Positions 9,975 through 18,962 of a DNA stretch of 64,000 bases are shown piece after piece. Origin of the DNA: Candidatus Aenigmatarchaeota archaeon (lineage in GTDB: Archaea; Aenigmatarchaeota; Aenigmatarchaeia; CG10238-14; SCSR01); NCBI GenBank assembly GCA_038998335.1, contig JAVZHQ010000001.1:480001-544000 (forward strand), given 5' to 3'. Each line of letters opens with the position of its first letter. The first letter of the stretch is position 1. The notes beneath the pieces were generated by a model that searched no databases, was not told the origin of the DNA, and was given only the letters and a program-made list of their open reading frames with translations. Both the position numbers and the translations under genes were made by a program.

Positions 9975-11081
9975 ATGGGAGTTTGTAAAATTTGCAAGAA
10001 AGAGTCTGAACTAATTTCTTCTTTTTTAGGGCTTTGTAGAGAGTGCATTCTTGGAAAAAAGGAAAAGGCAATAGAAATTGCTAAAAAAGCGCATGAAATT
10101 TCAAGAAAAAAATTTGGCTTAACTCCTTTTGTTCCTAAAGGCCCTGGATTGCAATGCTTTGGTTGTGGGAATGAATGCAAAATTCCTGAGGGAAGCAAAG
10201 GGTATTGTGGCTTGGTTGAGAATAAGAATGGAAAGCTAATAAGGTATGCAGGCGATGCTGAAAAAGGTTTGTTAGAATGGTATTATGATGCTTTACCAAC
10301 AAATTGCGTAAGCATAAACTTTTGTCCTGGAGGTACTGGAATAGGTTATCCAAAATATGCTAAGTGTAAAAGTGCGGAAATAGGTTATTATAATCTTGCG
10401 GTTTTTTATGGAGCTTGCAACTTTAATTGCTTGTTCTGCCAAAACTGGCATTTCAAGCATTTAACTCAGGAATTAAAACCATTAGTTTCTGCAAAAGAGC
10501 TTGCAAGCAAAGTTAACAAAAAGGTTAATTGCATTTGTTACTTTGGGGGAACTCCTGAACCTCAGTTAATTCATGCAATAGAAACTTCTAAGCTTGCTTT
10601 GGAAAAAAAGAAAAACGAGATTTTAAGAATTTGTTTAGAATCTAACGGAAACGCTAATTGGAAATTACTAAAAAAATTTGCTAAGATTTCTTTTGAAACA
10701 GGAGGGAACATAAAGTTTGACTTAAAGTTTCCTAAAAAATCAGCTTTAAACCTTGCTCTTTGCGGCATAGACAATAAAAAAACTTACGAGAATTTTAAGA
10801 AATTGGCAAAATTTCACAAGAAGAGAGAGATTCCTTTTTTAACAGCAAGCACTTTGCTTGTTCCAGGTTATGTTACAGAAGAAGAAATAAGGGAAATTGC
10901 AAGCTTTATTTCAAGCTTGGACAAAAGCATTCCTTATTCTTTGCTTGCCTTTTATCCTCATTTCATGCTAAAGGATTTACCCTTAACTTCAAGAAAATTA
11001 GCTGAGAATTGCTTAAAAATTGCAAAGGAAGAAGGTTTGGAAAATGTGAGAATTGGGAACGAGCATTTGCTTGTGGATTAG
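9975..11081 (+). CDS. Radical SAM protein (PFL-activating enzyme-like) with N-terminal Cys clusters
   Basis: CNFNCLFCQNW (CxxxCxxC), YFGGTPEP, N-terminal CKIC...C..C. Probable start ATG 9975. Confidence 0.85.
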   Translation: MGVCKICKKESELISSFLGLCRECILGKKEKAIEIAKKAHEISRKKFGLTPFVPKGPGLQCFGCGNECKIPEGSKGYCGLVENKNGKLIRYAGDAEKGLLEWYYDALPTNCVSINFCPGGTGIGYPKYAKCKSAEIGYYNLAVFYGACNFNCLFCQNWHFKHLTQELKPLVSAKELASKVNKKVNCICYFGGTPEPQLIHAIETSKLALEKKKNEILRICLESNGNANWKLLKKFAKISFETGGNIKFDLKFPKKSALNLALCGIDNKKTYENFKKLAKFHKKREIPFLTASTLLVPGYVTEEEIREIASFISSLDKSIPYSLLAFYPHFMLKDLPLTSRKLAENCLKIAKEEGLENVRIGNEHLLVD

Positions 11082-11082
11082 T

Positions 11083-11694
11083 ATGAGTATAAAAGAAGAA
11101 AAAGCAAAGTTAAGGGAAAAGATTTGGAAGATTATGGAAGAAAAAAATATAGCAAGATTTCCTCTTCCTGTTCGCGATAAAATACCAAACTTTGAAGGAA
11201 GTGAAAAGGCTGCAGAAAAAATTAGAGAATTAGAGGTTTATAAAATGGCAAAGATTATTTTTGCAAACCCTGATTATGCGCAGAAAAAGATAAGGGAGTT
11301 TGCTCTTAAAGATGGGAAATTGCTGATAATGGCAACTCCAAGGCTTAAGCAAGGTTATCTTTTGATAGAGCCAGAAAAGGTTAAGGGAAAGGAAGAGTTT
11401 GCTTCAACTATAAAAGGTGCTTTTTTGCTAGGAAAAAGAGCAAAAGAAATACCAAAACCTGATTTGTTAATTACTGGTTGTGTGGCTGTGGACAAAAAAG
11501 GGAATAGACTTGGTAAAGGTTATGGCTATGGAGATAGGGAAATAAAATTTTTTCTTGAAAAGTTTGGCAAGATTCCTGTTTTAACTACAGTTCATGATGC
11601 TCAAATAGTTGATTCTGTGCCTATAGAAAAAGAAGATGCAAAAGTTGATATCATAGTTACTCCTAGCAAAATAATTGAGGTGAAAGATGAGTAA
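11083..11694 (+). CDS. 5-formyltetrahydrofolate cyclo-ligase family (archaeal/MTHFSD type)
   Basis: IPNFEG, NPDYAQ, GNRLGKGYGYGDRE, TTVHDAQ, VDIIVTP motifs. Confidence 0.88.
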   Translation: MSIKEEKAKLREKIWKIMEEKNIARFPLPVRDKIPNFEGSEKAAEKIRELEVYKMAKIIFANPDYAQKKIREFALKDGKLLIMATPRLKQGYLLIEPEKVKGKEEFASTIKGAFLLGKRAKEIPKPDLLITGCVAVDKKGNRLGKGYGYGDREIKFFLEKFGKIPVLTTVHDAQIVDSVPIEKEDAKVDIIVTPSKIIEVKDE

Positions 11695-12472
11695 GGTTGT
11701 GATTGCAGAAGGAAAGGATATAGTAAAAAGAACTTACCTTGCTTTAAAAGAGCTCAAGCTAAAAATGCCAGAAGAAGGAGAAAAAATTTTGATAAAGCCA
11801 AACTTAGTCGAGCCTATGCCAAACTATTCAGGAGCAATAACAAGGAAAGAAGTGATTGAAGGGATAATTCAGTTTTTTGATGATAAGAAGTATGAGATTT
11901 TGATAGGCGAAGGTGCAGCAATTTTTGATACTGAAGAATGTTTTGAAAAGGCAAACTATTATGAGCTAGAAGAGAAGTATAAAGTGAAGCTTGTGAATTT
12001 AAACAAAGATGAGTTTATAGCAGTAAAAGGAAAATATTGGGATTTTGAAATTTCTAAAATTGCAAAAGAATCTTATTTAATTTCTGCCGCAGTCTTGAAA
12101 GAGCATGCTTTCAAAGTAACTTTAAGCCTGAAAAATTTGATGGGGATTTTAAAACCAAAAGGAAGTTATCCTGTAAAATCTTACATTCATAAGGAAAATG
12201 ATGAAAAAATTTGGGCAGAAAGGCTTTGCGATTTGATAAGAGTAGCGAAACCAAAGCTAGCAATAATAGATGCAACTACTGCAATGTTTGGCTCGCATTT
12301 ATACGGAAGGCTTAAGAGCTTAAACTTAACCTTAGCTAGTGAAGATGCCTTAGCTTGTGATTTAGTTGGAGCAAAGCTTTTGGGTTATGAAAAAGTTTTT
12401 TACTTGGACTTAGCTTTAAAAGAAAAACTTGGAAGAAAACCTTCAGAAGTAAAAGAGATAAAATTAATTTAG
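11687..12472 (+). CDS. DUF362 domain protein
   Basis: ILIKPNLV, LKEH...VTLSLKNLMG, D.LACD motifs. Confidence 0.85.
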   Translation: MSKVVIAEGKDIVKRTYLALKELKLKMPEEGEKILIKPNLVEPMPNYSGAITRKEVIEGIIQFFDDKKYEILIGEGAAIFDTEECFEKANYYELEEKYKVKLVNLNKDEFIAVKGKYWDFEISKIAKESYLISAAVLKEHAFKVTLSLKNLMGILKPKGSYPVKSYIHKENDEKIWAERLCDLIRVAKPKLAIIDATTAMFGSHLYGRLKSLNLTLASEDALACDLVGAKLLGYEKVFYLDLALKEKLGRKPSEVKEIKLI

Positions 12473-12867
12473 TAAAGAGATTTGGAGTAATCCTCAAAAG
12501 GAACGATCAAACCTTTTTGGATCATAGGCTTTACTACATGTTTGTACTCTATCCTTCTTCCTTCTTGGTTGATTTCCATCCCAAGCGTTAACAAATCTTT
12601 AGGTTGAAGGCTTAAAATTCTTAAGATAAGAAGTTCAAGTTGAACTTTTCTAACTTTTCTTGCCTTCATTTTGCCCATGTAAGGAAGATTATAAGAGCTT
12701 ACGCTGCTTGCAATTTTTTCCATGTATTCCTTACCTTTTTGTGTAATGAAATAGGGTATTTTTGGGTCAAGCCCTAGTTTCTCTAAAGCTTCTAACTTAT
12801 TTTTTAAGTTATACCACTCTTTAAGGCTAAAGCGCTTTTCTGACTTTGAAACACAAATCGACATCAT
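12469..12867 (-). CDS. Hypothetical protein (possible winged-helix elements)
   Basis: 132-aa ORF filling the gap. YFITQKGKEY and MIQKGLIV resemble wHTH wing segments. Confidence 0.5.
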   Translation of the reverse strand: MMSICVSKSEKRFSLKEWYNLKNKLEALEKLGLDPKIPYFITQKGKEYMEKIASSVSSYNLPYMGKMKARKVRKVQLELLILRILSLQPKDLLTLGMEINQEGRRIEYKHVVKPMIQKGLIVPFEDYSKSLY

Positions 12868-12919
12868 TTTTTAATATACATTAAAAATTTAAGTTGATTT
12901 TGTGAGATTATTGAAGAAT

Positions 12920-13654
12920 ATGATCAATTTTCCTTTTAATCCAATAAAAAGAGCGGAAGAAGTTGAAAAAGTTGTAATGAAAGATTTGGAAAGGAAGTAC
13001 TATCGTTTTAGGTATGCTAGCTATTATGGAGGAATAGCAACTGCTGACACTATAGGATGCTGCTTTCTTTGCGCTTATTGCTGGAATTACTTTAAAAATT
13101 TAAAGCCAGAAAGATTCGGAGAATTTTATTCTCCAGAAGAAGTTAGCAAGAAAATTTTGGAAATAGTTGAGAAAAAAAGCTTGGATAGAGTTAGAATTAG
13201 TGGAGCAGAACCAATTTTGGGAGAAAAATCTTTTGACCATTTAGAAAAAGTGATTCAAGAAATTTATGAAAGAAAATCTAGCTTAGATTTTATTCTTGAA
13301 ACTAATGGCCTAATTCTTGGCTTGAACAAAAAATTTTGTTCAAGGCTAGCTAAATATCCTTTAGCTGTAAGAATTTCTGTTAAAGGTTGGGATGAAAAAA
13401 GTTTTGAGAGAATTTCTGGTGCAGAAGGAAAATTCTTTATTTATCAACTAAAGGCAATAAAAAACTTGCAGGATTTTGGTTTAGAAGCATGGCCTGCTGT
13501 CATGTATGAAATTTTTGGAAGAAAAGAGATTGAAATTTTGGAAGAAAAATTAAGAGAAATTGGAGTAGAAAGTAGAATAGAAGTTGAGTACTTAGAAAAA
13601 TATCCTTTTGTTGTCGAAAATTTAGAGAAAAGGGGGATAATTCTCAAAAGTTGA
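12920..13654 (+). CDS. Radical SAM protein (archaeal)
   Basis: GGIATADTIGCCFLCAYCW (CxxxCxxC), RISGAEP, FILETNG. Confidence 0.85.
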   Translation: MINFPFNPIKRAEEVEKVVMKDLERKYYRFRYASYYGGIATADTIGCCFLCAYCWNYFKNLKPERFGEFYSPEEVSKKILEIVEKKSLDRVRISGAEPILGEKSFDHLEKVIQEIYERKSSLDFILETNGLILGLNKKFCSRLAKYPLAVRISVKGWDEKSFERISGAEGKFFIYQLKAIKNLQDFGLEAWPAVMYEIFGRKEIEILEEKLREIGVESRIEVEYLEKYPFVVENLEKRGIILKS

Positions 13655-14177
13655 AGTTAAAATAAGAGTTTTGTTCCTTGAGAAAAAGTGAAAAGCTACT
13701 TGTTTCAAATTTTTTTGGATAATTTATCTTCATTCTTTTTGCTCTTTCCAAATCTTCAGGTTTGATATCGTCTGCTACTAAGGTTAAGTGAGGAAAATAG
13801 TTTTCCATTTCTTTATAGCTTCTATCTTTTCTGTCGCTGTATTTTTTAAGCGAAAGAACCAATTTTTTGTGTAGCTCGAGTAGCTTTTCACTTTTATTAA
13901 CAGAAATGTAGATTCCTGGTATATCTTCTCTGCTCCCGTAAAACCTTAAATTTTCAAGCTCGATCGAAAAAGGTTTTGTAGTTCTAGCTACATGTTCAAG
14001 CTCTTGCTTAATTTTCTCTAGTTTGCTTTCATTTATTTTTCCCAAGGATTTCAAAGTTATGTGAGGCTTGTAGTCTAGGGCTTTTGAAGTATTGAAAAAA
14101 GAATTTAGTTCTTTCATTAGTTCTTCCAACTCAGAGAGAATCGGTTCTGGAGGAATGATCATAACTACAGCGTACAT
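13644..14177 (-). CDS. 2H phosphoesterase / 2'-5' RNA ligase family protein
   Basis: Two HxT motifs, PHITL and PHLTL. Confidence 0.88.
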   Translation of the reverse strand: MYAVVMIIPPEPILSELEELMKELNSFFNTSKALDYKPHITLKSLGKINESKLEKIKQELEHVARTTKPFSIELENLRFYGSREDIPGIYISVNKSEKLLELHKKLVLSLKKYSDRKDRSYKEMENYFPHLTLVADDIKPEDLERAKRMKINYPKKFETSSFSLFLKEQNSYFNFNF

Positions 14178-14206
14178 AAAAAAGATTTAAATAAAAAAAT
14201 TTAAAT

Positions 14207-14956
14207 ATGGAAGTTTTTGTTGGATGTTGCGGTTTTCCAATTTCCATGAAAAAGTACTTTCAAGAGTTTTCTTTAGTAGAAATCCAGCAAACCTTTTATA
14301 AACTTCCTGAAATTAAAACTGTTGAAAAGTGGAAAAGAGATGCTCCTAAAAATTTTATTTTCACTGTTAAAGCTTTCCAAGCTTTAACTCATCCTATTTC
14401 AAGCCCAACTTGGAAGAGGAGCGGACTAAAAGAAGAGGAAATGAAAAAATTAAAGGATAAGGTTGGTTTTTTAAAACCTACAAAAGAAGTTTTTGATTTT
14501 TGGAAGAAAGTTTTAGAAATTTGTAAGGTTTTGTCTTCGCCTGTTTGTTTAATTCAATTGCCAGCAAGCTTTAAGGAAAATGAGGAAAATAAGAGAAATG
14601 CTGAAAAGTTCTTCTCAAAAATTGAAAGGGATAATATTTCAATTGCTTTAGAGTTAAGAGGCTGGAGCAAAGAAGGGTTTAAGGAAATTTGTAAAAAATT
14701 TGATTTGGTTTCTTGCGTTGATCCTTTAGCTTCTGAACCTTTTTACTTTTCTAGCAAAAAAATTGCCTATTTTAGGCTTCATGGGAAGTATGAGAAAGGA
14801 AGAATTGATTACAAGCATAAGTATAGCGAAGAAGAATTAAAAAGACTTAAGGAAATCGTTGAGAATTTGAAAGTTAAGCAAGCTTTTGTTCTTTTCAACA
14901 ATGTTTTCATGTATGAAAACGCTACCCAGTTTCAGAAGTTTTTCAAGAAGATTTAA
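14207..14956 (+). CDS. DUF72 domain protein
   Basis: VGCCGF, VEIQQTFY, FTVKA, QLPASF, YFRLHG, FNN motifs. Confidence 0.9.
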   Translation: MEVFVGCCGFPISMKKYFQEFSLVEIQQTFYKLPEIKTVEKWKRDAPKNFIFTVKAFQALTHPISSPTWKRSGLKEEEMKKLKDKVGFLKPTKEVFDFWKKVLEICKVLSSPVCLIQLPASFKENEENKRNAEKFFSKIERDNISIALELRGWSKEGFKEICKKFDLVSCVDPLASEPFYFSSKKIAYFRLHGKYEKGRIDYKHKYSEEELKRLKEIVENLKVKQAFVLFNNVFMYENATQFQKFFKKI

Positions 14957-14976
14957 AAACTAAAAAAATAAAAAAA

Positions 14977-15681
14977 TTAAGCCCCGTAAAGTATTTGCAA
15001 TCCTGTGATGTCTGGTTGCTCAAGAGTTCTTTTTTGGATTTCTCCGTAATCAGAGTAGCCATACATTGTTACTTCTGAGCAAGCATCCTGGTAAACGTCT
15101 CCTAAGCCAACTGCATGGCCTAGCTCGTGAGTTGCAATGTTTTGCAAATCCATTTTGCTTGAATCTTGAGTTGCGTCTCCCCATTCATAATCTGTATCAA
15201 ACATTATGTCAAACTCCACTATTTCCCTTGTTCTTGAGTTATACCAAACAGTTGTTACTGCTATCACTCCTGAAGTTGGGTAATTTCCAAAGGTTATCGC
15301 GTTTTTGTAATCTTGCACGCCATAAGCTACTGAATAATCTATAGAGGAAAAGTTGTTCATAAGCTCTTTGCTTGTTGCTGCGTCCCAAGTTTCTGCAGCA
15401 TCAAATATTGCAGATTTTATGAAATCTTCTGAAAGACCTTGAGGGTTTGTTGGGTTGATCACATAGCTAACTGTTGAAGGCCATTTTACTCTCAACGGTG
15501 AAAGGAACTTGTAGCAAGTAGGTTGTTTTGCTCTTGCGGTTATAGTGTTTCCTTTCCAGTGAATGAATTCTATTTTTTCTAAAGGTTCTCTAGGCTTAGC
15601 TTCTGCTTTTGCTGAAAAGAATACTGCAATTGCTGAAACTAATAGCAAGCTTACTAAAAATGCAAAAAGCAGTTTTTTCAT
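14977..15681 (-). CDS. Secreted matrixin-like (M10) zinc metalloprotease
   Basis: Signal peptide, HELGHAVGLGD zinc motif (third ligand D), Met-turn TMYG. Confidence 0.85.
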   Translation of the reverse strand: MKKLLFAFLVSLLLVSAIAVFFSAKAEAKPREPLEKIEFIHWKGNTITARAKQPTCYKFLSPLRVKWPSTVSYVINPTNPQGLSEDFIKSAIFDAAETWDAATSKELMNNFSSIDYSVAYGVQDYKNAITFGNYPTSGVIAVTTVWYNSRTREIVEFDIMFDTDYEWGDATQDSSKMDLQNIATHELGHAVGLGDVYQDACSEVTMYGYSDYGEIQKRTLEQPDITGLQILYGA

Positions 15682-15762
15682 TTTCTCACTTTAAGAAATT
15701 ATAAATGTTTATTTTTAAATAGTTTGATAAAACTTATTTAACTTGGAAACAAGAAGAAAATT

Positions 15763-16098
15763 ATGAAGAAAAAGTTTATTTCTTATTTCCTAACTTTTTT
15801 GCTTGGTTTAGTGTGTGTAATAACAATAGGATATACTCTTGGCTTTTTTCCAAAAACTTCTGTTGAAGAAAAAAATAAATTGTGCTTAAGTGAGAATGAA
15901 ACTTTATACTCGAGATATGAAGGGCCAGAAAAGGATAACGAATGCACAAAAGATGAAGATTGCAAGATAAGCGGTTGTAGTTCGGAAATATGCCATTCTG
16001 AACGTTTATTTTCAGCCTGTGAATTAATTACTACTCCTATAGATTTAGGTTGTACTGCTTGTAAGTGTGTTAAAGGAAAATGTAAATGGGTAAGATAA
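15763..16098 (+). CDS. Membrane-anchored eight-cysteine-cluster domain protein
   Basis: N-terminal TM and C..D.DC...GCS.EIC.......C...C.C..GKC.W pattern. Confidence 0.75.
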   Translation: MKKKFISYFLTFLLGLVCVITIGYTLGFFPKTSVEEKNKLCLSENETLYSRYEGPEKDNECTKDEDCKISGCSSEICHSERLFSACELITTPIDLGCTACKCVKGKCKWVR

Positions 16099-16144
16099 TT
16101 TTTGCAATCAACAGAAGTGAATTTCCGTTAAATTTATATAGAAG

Positions 16145-16160
16145 TGCCATACGTATGACA
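16145..16160. promoter_or_regulatory. Near-perfect palindrome (putative operator) just downstream of a TATA box
   Basis: TGCCATACGTATGACA with one mispair, following TTTATATA at 16133-16140 and preceding SD AGGTGA and ATG 16180. Confidence 0.5.
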
Positions 16161-16179
16161 TTCCTAAGGTGAACTAAAA

Positions 16180-16275
16180 ATGAATTTCATTTTAGCTTTT
16201 GACATCCCAAGAGAGAATACAACGCTAGAAAAGAGAATAAACGCTAAAAATTTCTTTCAAAGAAATAAAAAATAA
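16180..16275 (+). pseudogene. Truncated remnant of a small Cas2/VapD/PaaX-like protein
   Basis: MNFILAFDIPRENTTLEKRIN then an abrupt switch to A-rich sequence and a stop after 31 aa. Good TATA and SD are present. Confidence 0.45.
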
Positions 16276-16298
16276 AGAAAAAAAGACTTCATCCAAAT

Positions 16299-16655
16299 TT
16301 ATTCAGTCTCTTCTTCGGTTTCTTCTTCTGGGATTTCTTCCGGCTCTTCCTCTGGCTCCTCGGTCTCTTCTTCCGGAACTTCTTCAGGCTCTTCTGTTTC
16401 TTCTTCAGCTTTAGCCTCTGAAACCTTCTCTCCTATCGCAAACCTGTTTCTCACTTCTTTTATTCTTATGTGAGCCTTTTCTCCTTTCTTTGTGTTTCCC
16501 ACAAAGACTACAAAGTTCTTTATTCTTGCTATTCCGTCGCCTTTTGAGCCGACTTCATTTATTTCTACATCGTACTCTTCCCCAACCTTTATTGGTTTGG
16601 GAAGGTTTGTGCTTTGACCAAACCTTTTAAAACCCCTTCTTTCAAACCTTGGCAT
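16299..16655 (-). CDS. TRAM-domain RNA-binding protein with acidic repetitive tail
   Basis: PIKVGEEYDVEI...GSKGDGIARIKNFVVFV...KGE TRAM signature, EETEEPEE repeats, GGAGGT SD. Confidence 0.92.
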   Translation of the reverse strand: MPRFERRGFKRFGQSTNLPKPIKVGEEYDVEINEVGSKGDGIARIKNFVVFVGNTKKGEKAHIRIKEVRNRFAIGEKVSEAKAEEETEEPEEVPEEETEEPEEEPEEIPEEETEEETE

Positions 16656-16674
16656 TTTAAAACCTCCTTTCCTT

Positions 16675-16704
16675 ATCTACTCAGAAATAGAAATCTGAGT
16701 AGAT
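16675..16704 (-). promoter_or_regulatory. Perfect 11-bp stem hairpin in the putative 5' UTR of the TRAM gene
   Basis: ATCTACTCAGA-8 nt-TCTGAGTAGAT, just upstream of the SD. Confidence 0.6.
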
Positions 16705-16847
16705 TTAGTTAAGAAAAAGCATTATCCTTACTTCTCAACCTCCACTTATTTCTTCTTGTTTGATATATTTAAGCTTATCGCTACTTAAAAGTGAGTAGAT
16801 TTAAAAACAAGTTAGTAAAGTTTAAAGCTTTTACTTCCTAAGTTTTT

Positions 16848-17408
16848 TTGATGCCCGAAAGCAATAAAGTAGAGGAAGTTTACATAGATGCTGTGAAAAA
16901 GCTAAGGGCAAGCTTTCCAAAGTTTGTTATCTTCTTGGGCTTAGCTTACATAGTATGGCTTCTTTATTCCCATTTCTTCTTCCAGCTAAGCAAAGAAAGC
17001 ACTTTGGGAAATATAGAAGTTGCAAGGCTTGATAGCTTAATAATAATCTCAGCAACTTTAATCTTAATTATTGCCTCTTTTATCGAGATAAAAAACGTTG
17101 CAGATGCTTGCGCAGGCTTAGTAACTTCTTACATTTCTTCAGAAGGAAAAATAGAAGAAATAAGAGTAGCAAAAGTAAGAAGAGCTTTCAGAACAACTTT
17201 TTACATTCTGCCTTTCACCATAGCTTACTTGATGTTTTCTAATCTTTTTGAGCAAGTTTTTCCTTTGCTAACAACCATAATTCCTTTGATTATAGTAATC
17301 TGGGTTGTTATAGCATCTATTATGCTAGCTATGGTTTTAGGTTTGGAATTGGAGGAGGCTGCAAAGAATTTTGTTGAAAGGTTAAGAAAAATAAAACCAA
17401 AAAAGTGA
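16848..17408 (+). CDS. Hypothetical membrane protein (4 TM)
   Basis: 186-aa ORF with four hydrophobic segments. Confidence 0.7.
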   Translation: MMPESNKVEEVYIDAVKKLRASFPKFVIFLGLAYIVWLLYSHFFFQLSKESTLGNIEVARLDSLIIISATLILIIASFIEIKNVADACAGLVTSYISSEGKIEEIRVAKVRRAFRTTFYILPFTIAYLMFSNLFEQVFPLLTTIIPLIIVIWVVIASIMLAMVLGLELEEAAKNFVERLRKIKPKK

Positions 17409-17580
17409 CGAATAGAAAAACTTATTAGCTTATTTTTTCATAATTTATTTGATTAAAAATGAATAGAATGCCCCATCTCAGGAAGTCATGGTATACTTTT
17501 TCTGGAAAAATTGACTTAGAGTTGGGGCTTTAAGGGATGATCCTTCTAAAAATTCTCTACTAAACGGGGACCATGCAACT

Positions 17581-17988
17581 ATAGACTTTTGTGAGATTTG
17601 CGAGCTTGAAACAGACGAGCTAATAAACGCAAATTCATTTGTAATCTGTAAAGATTGTGCAGAAGATTTCGATTTGAAAGAAGTTGAGTGCGATTCTTCT
17701 GAAAAATGTATAGTTTGCAACTGGCCTATAAACAGAAAGTTAAGCAAGGAAAACATAAAAAAATTCTTGGAAGGGATAAAGTCTTGGTTAAAAGAAAATT
17801 CCTCTCAAGAATTAAGAGAAAAAATTGAAAAAAAGCTAAAATTTCTAGAGAACAAAGAAATTAGTATTTGTAGGTATGATTTTTTCTTGACAGTAAAAGA
17901 AATTGTAGAGAGCGAAAGTGAAGAATTAAGCAAAAAATTCGAAGAAATTTTGAAAGCTTTTGATTTTGGAGGAAGCTTAATAAGCTAA
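17581..17988 (+). CDS. Hypothetical Cys-rich (putative zinc-binding) protein, start uncertain
   Basis: The frame is open upstream of TTG 17674 and adds FCEIC...ICKDC pairs. A possible ATA start at 17581 lies after GGGGA. Confidence 0.6.
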   Translation: MDFCEICELETDELINANSFVICKDCAEDFDLKEVECDSSEKCIVCNWPINRKLSKENIKKFLEGIKSWLKENSSQELREKIEKKLKFLENKEISICRYDFFLTVKEIVESESEELSKKFEEILKAFDFGGSLIS

Positions 17989-18006
17989 AAGCTAAAATAA
18001 AAAAAT

Positions 18007-18699
18007 ATGACAAAAAAGCTTTTTTGGGAAGACTCTTACCTTAAAGAGTTTGAAGCAAGAGTCTTGAGAATAGAAGGAAATAAAGTTATTCTTGACCAAA
18101 CATGCTTTTATCCTAGGGGTGGAGGCCAGCCTTGTGACACAGGAGAAATAGAAGGGATAAAAGTTTTGGAAACTTTAAAGCAAGAAGAAGAGATAATTCA
18201 TGTTCTGGAAAAAGAACCTTTTTTTAAAGTTAACGATTTGGTAAGAGGAAAAATTGACTGGGAAAGAAGGTACAAGCTAATGAGAATGCATACTGCAGCT
18301 CACATCATAAGCGCAATCATCAATAAAGAAACTCAAGCTTTGATAACAGGGAATCAACTTGACTTGCAAAAGTCAAGAATCGATTATAGCCTAGAAACTT
18401 TTGATAGAACTTTAATAGAAGATTGTATAAGAAAAGCTAACGAAATAGCAGCTCAAGGCTTAGAGGTTAAAACTTACTTCTTAAAAAGGGAAGAAACGGA
18501 AAAAATCCCAAGCATTACTAAACTTGCAAAAGGTTTGCCAAATTTACAAGAATTTAGAATTGTTGAAATCGTTGGTTTAGATTTACAAGCTGACGGAGGA
18601 ACTCATGTTAAAAATACAAAAGAAATAGGAAGGATAAAAATTGAAGGGATGGAAAACAAGGGAAAAGATAACAGAAGAATTTACTTTTCTCTTGAATAA
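18007..18699 (+). CDS. alaX: Alanyl-tRNA editing protein AlaX-M
   Basis: LDQTCFYPRGGGQPCDTG, MRMHTAAH, QADGGTHV motifs. Confidence 0.92.
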   Translation: MTKKLFWEDSYLKEFEARVLRIEGNKVILDQTCFYPRGGGQPCDTGEIEGIKVLETLKQEEEIIHVLEKEPFFKVNDLVRGKIDWERRYKLMRMHTAAHIISAIINKETQALITGNQLDLQKSRIDYSLETFDRTLIEDCIRKANEIAAQGLEVKTYFLKREETEKIPSITKLAKGLPNLQEFRIVEIVGLDLQADGGTHVKNTKEIGRIKIEGMENKGKDNRRIYFSLE

Positions 18700-18752
18700 A
18701 GAATTTAAGCTTTTTCTTTCGATTTTTAATCATGAGTGAAGTTCCGTAGTGG

Positions 18753-18962
18753 ATGGAAAAGTCCGAGTTTAAAGAAATAGTCAAAAGACTTAAAGAACTG
18801 GAAAATTCTGAAGCTTATGAAAAAGCTGGAATTTACTGCGATATAATTTGCAAGAAATGGAAAGTTAACCCTATGAGTTGCGCTTATAAATGCGAGGTTT
18901 GGTTGTTGAAAAGTGAAATTTTAAACAAAAAGAAAAGTGCTCAAGTTTCTTCTTCAAAATAA
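18753..18962 (+). CDS. Hypothetical small protein
   Basis: 69-aa ORF with four Cys and typical composition. Confidence 0.5.
   Translation: MEKSEFKEIVKRLKELENSEAYEKAGIYCDIICKKWKVNPMSCAYKCEVWLLKSEILNKKKSAQVSSSK

Noticed and set aside
16305-16410. Tandem TCTTC-rich repeats as a non-coding repeat element
   Set aside because: They encode the acidic EETEEPEE tail of the TRAM protein.
17488-17580. TGA readthrough or selenocysteine in ATG-GTA-TAC...AAT-TGA upstream of the Cys-rich ORF
   Set aside because: The upstream peptide is not protein-like, no SECIS-like element is evident, and TGA terminates many genes here.
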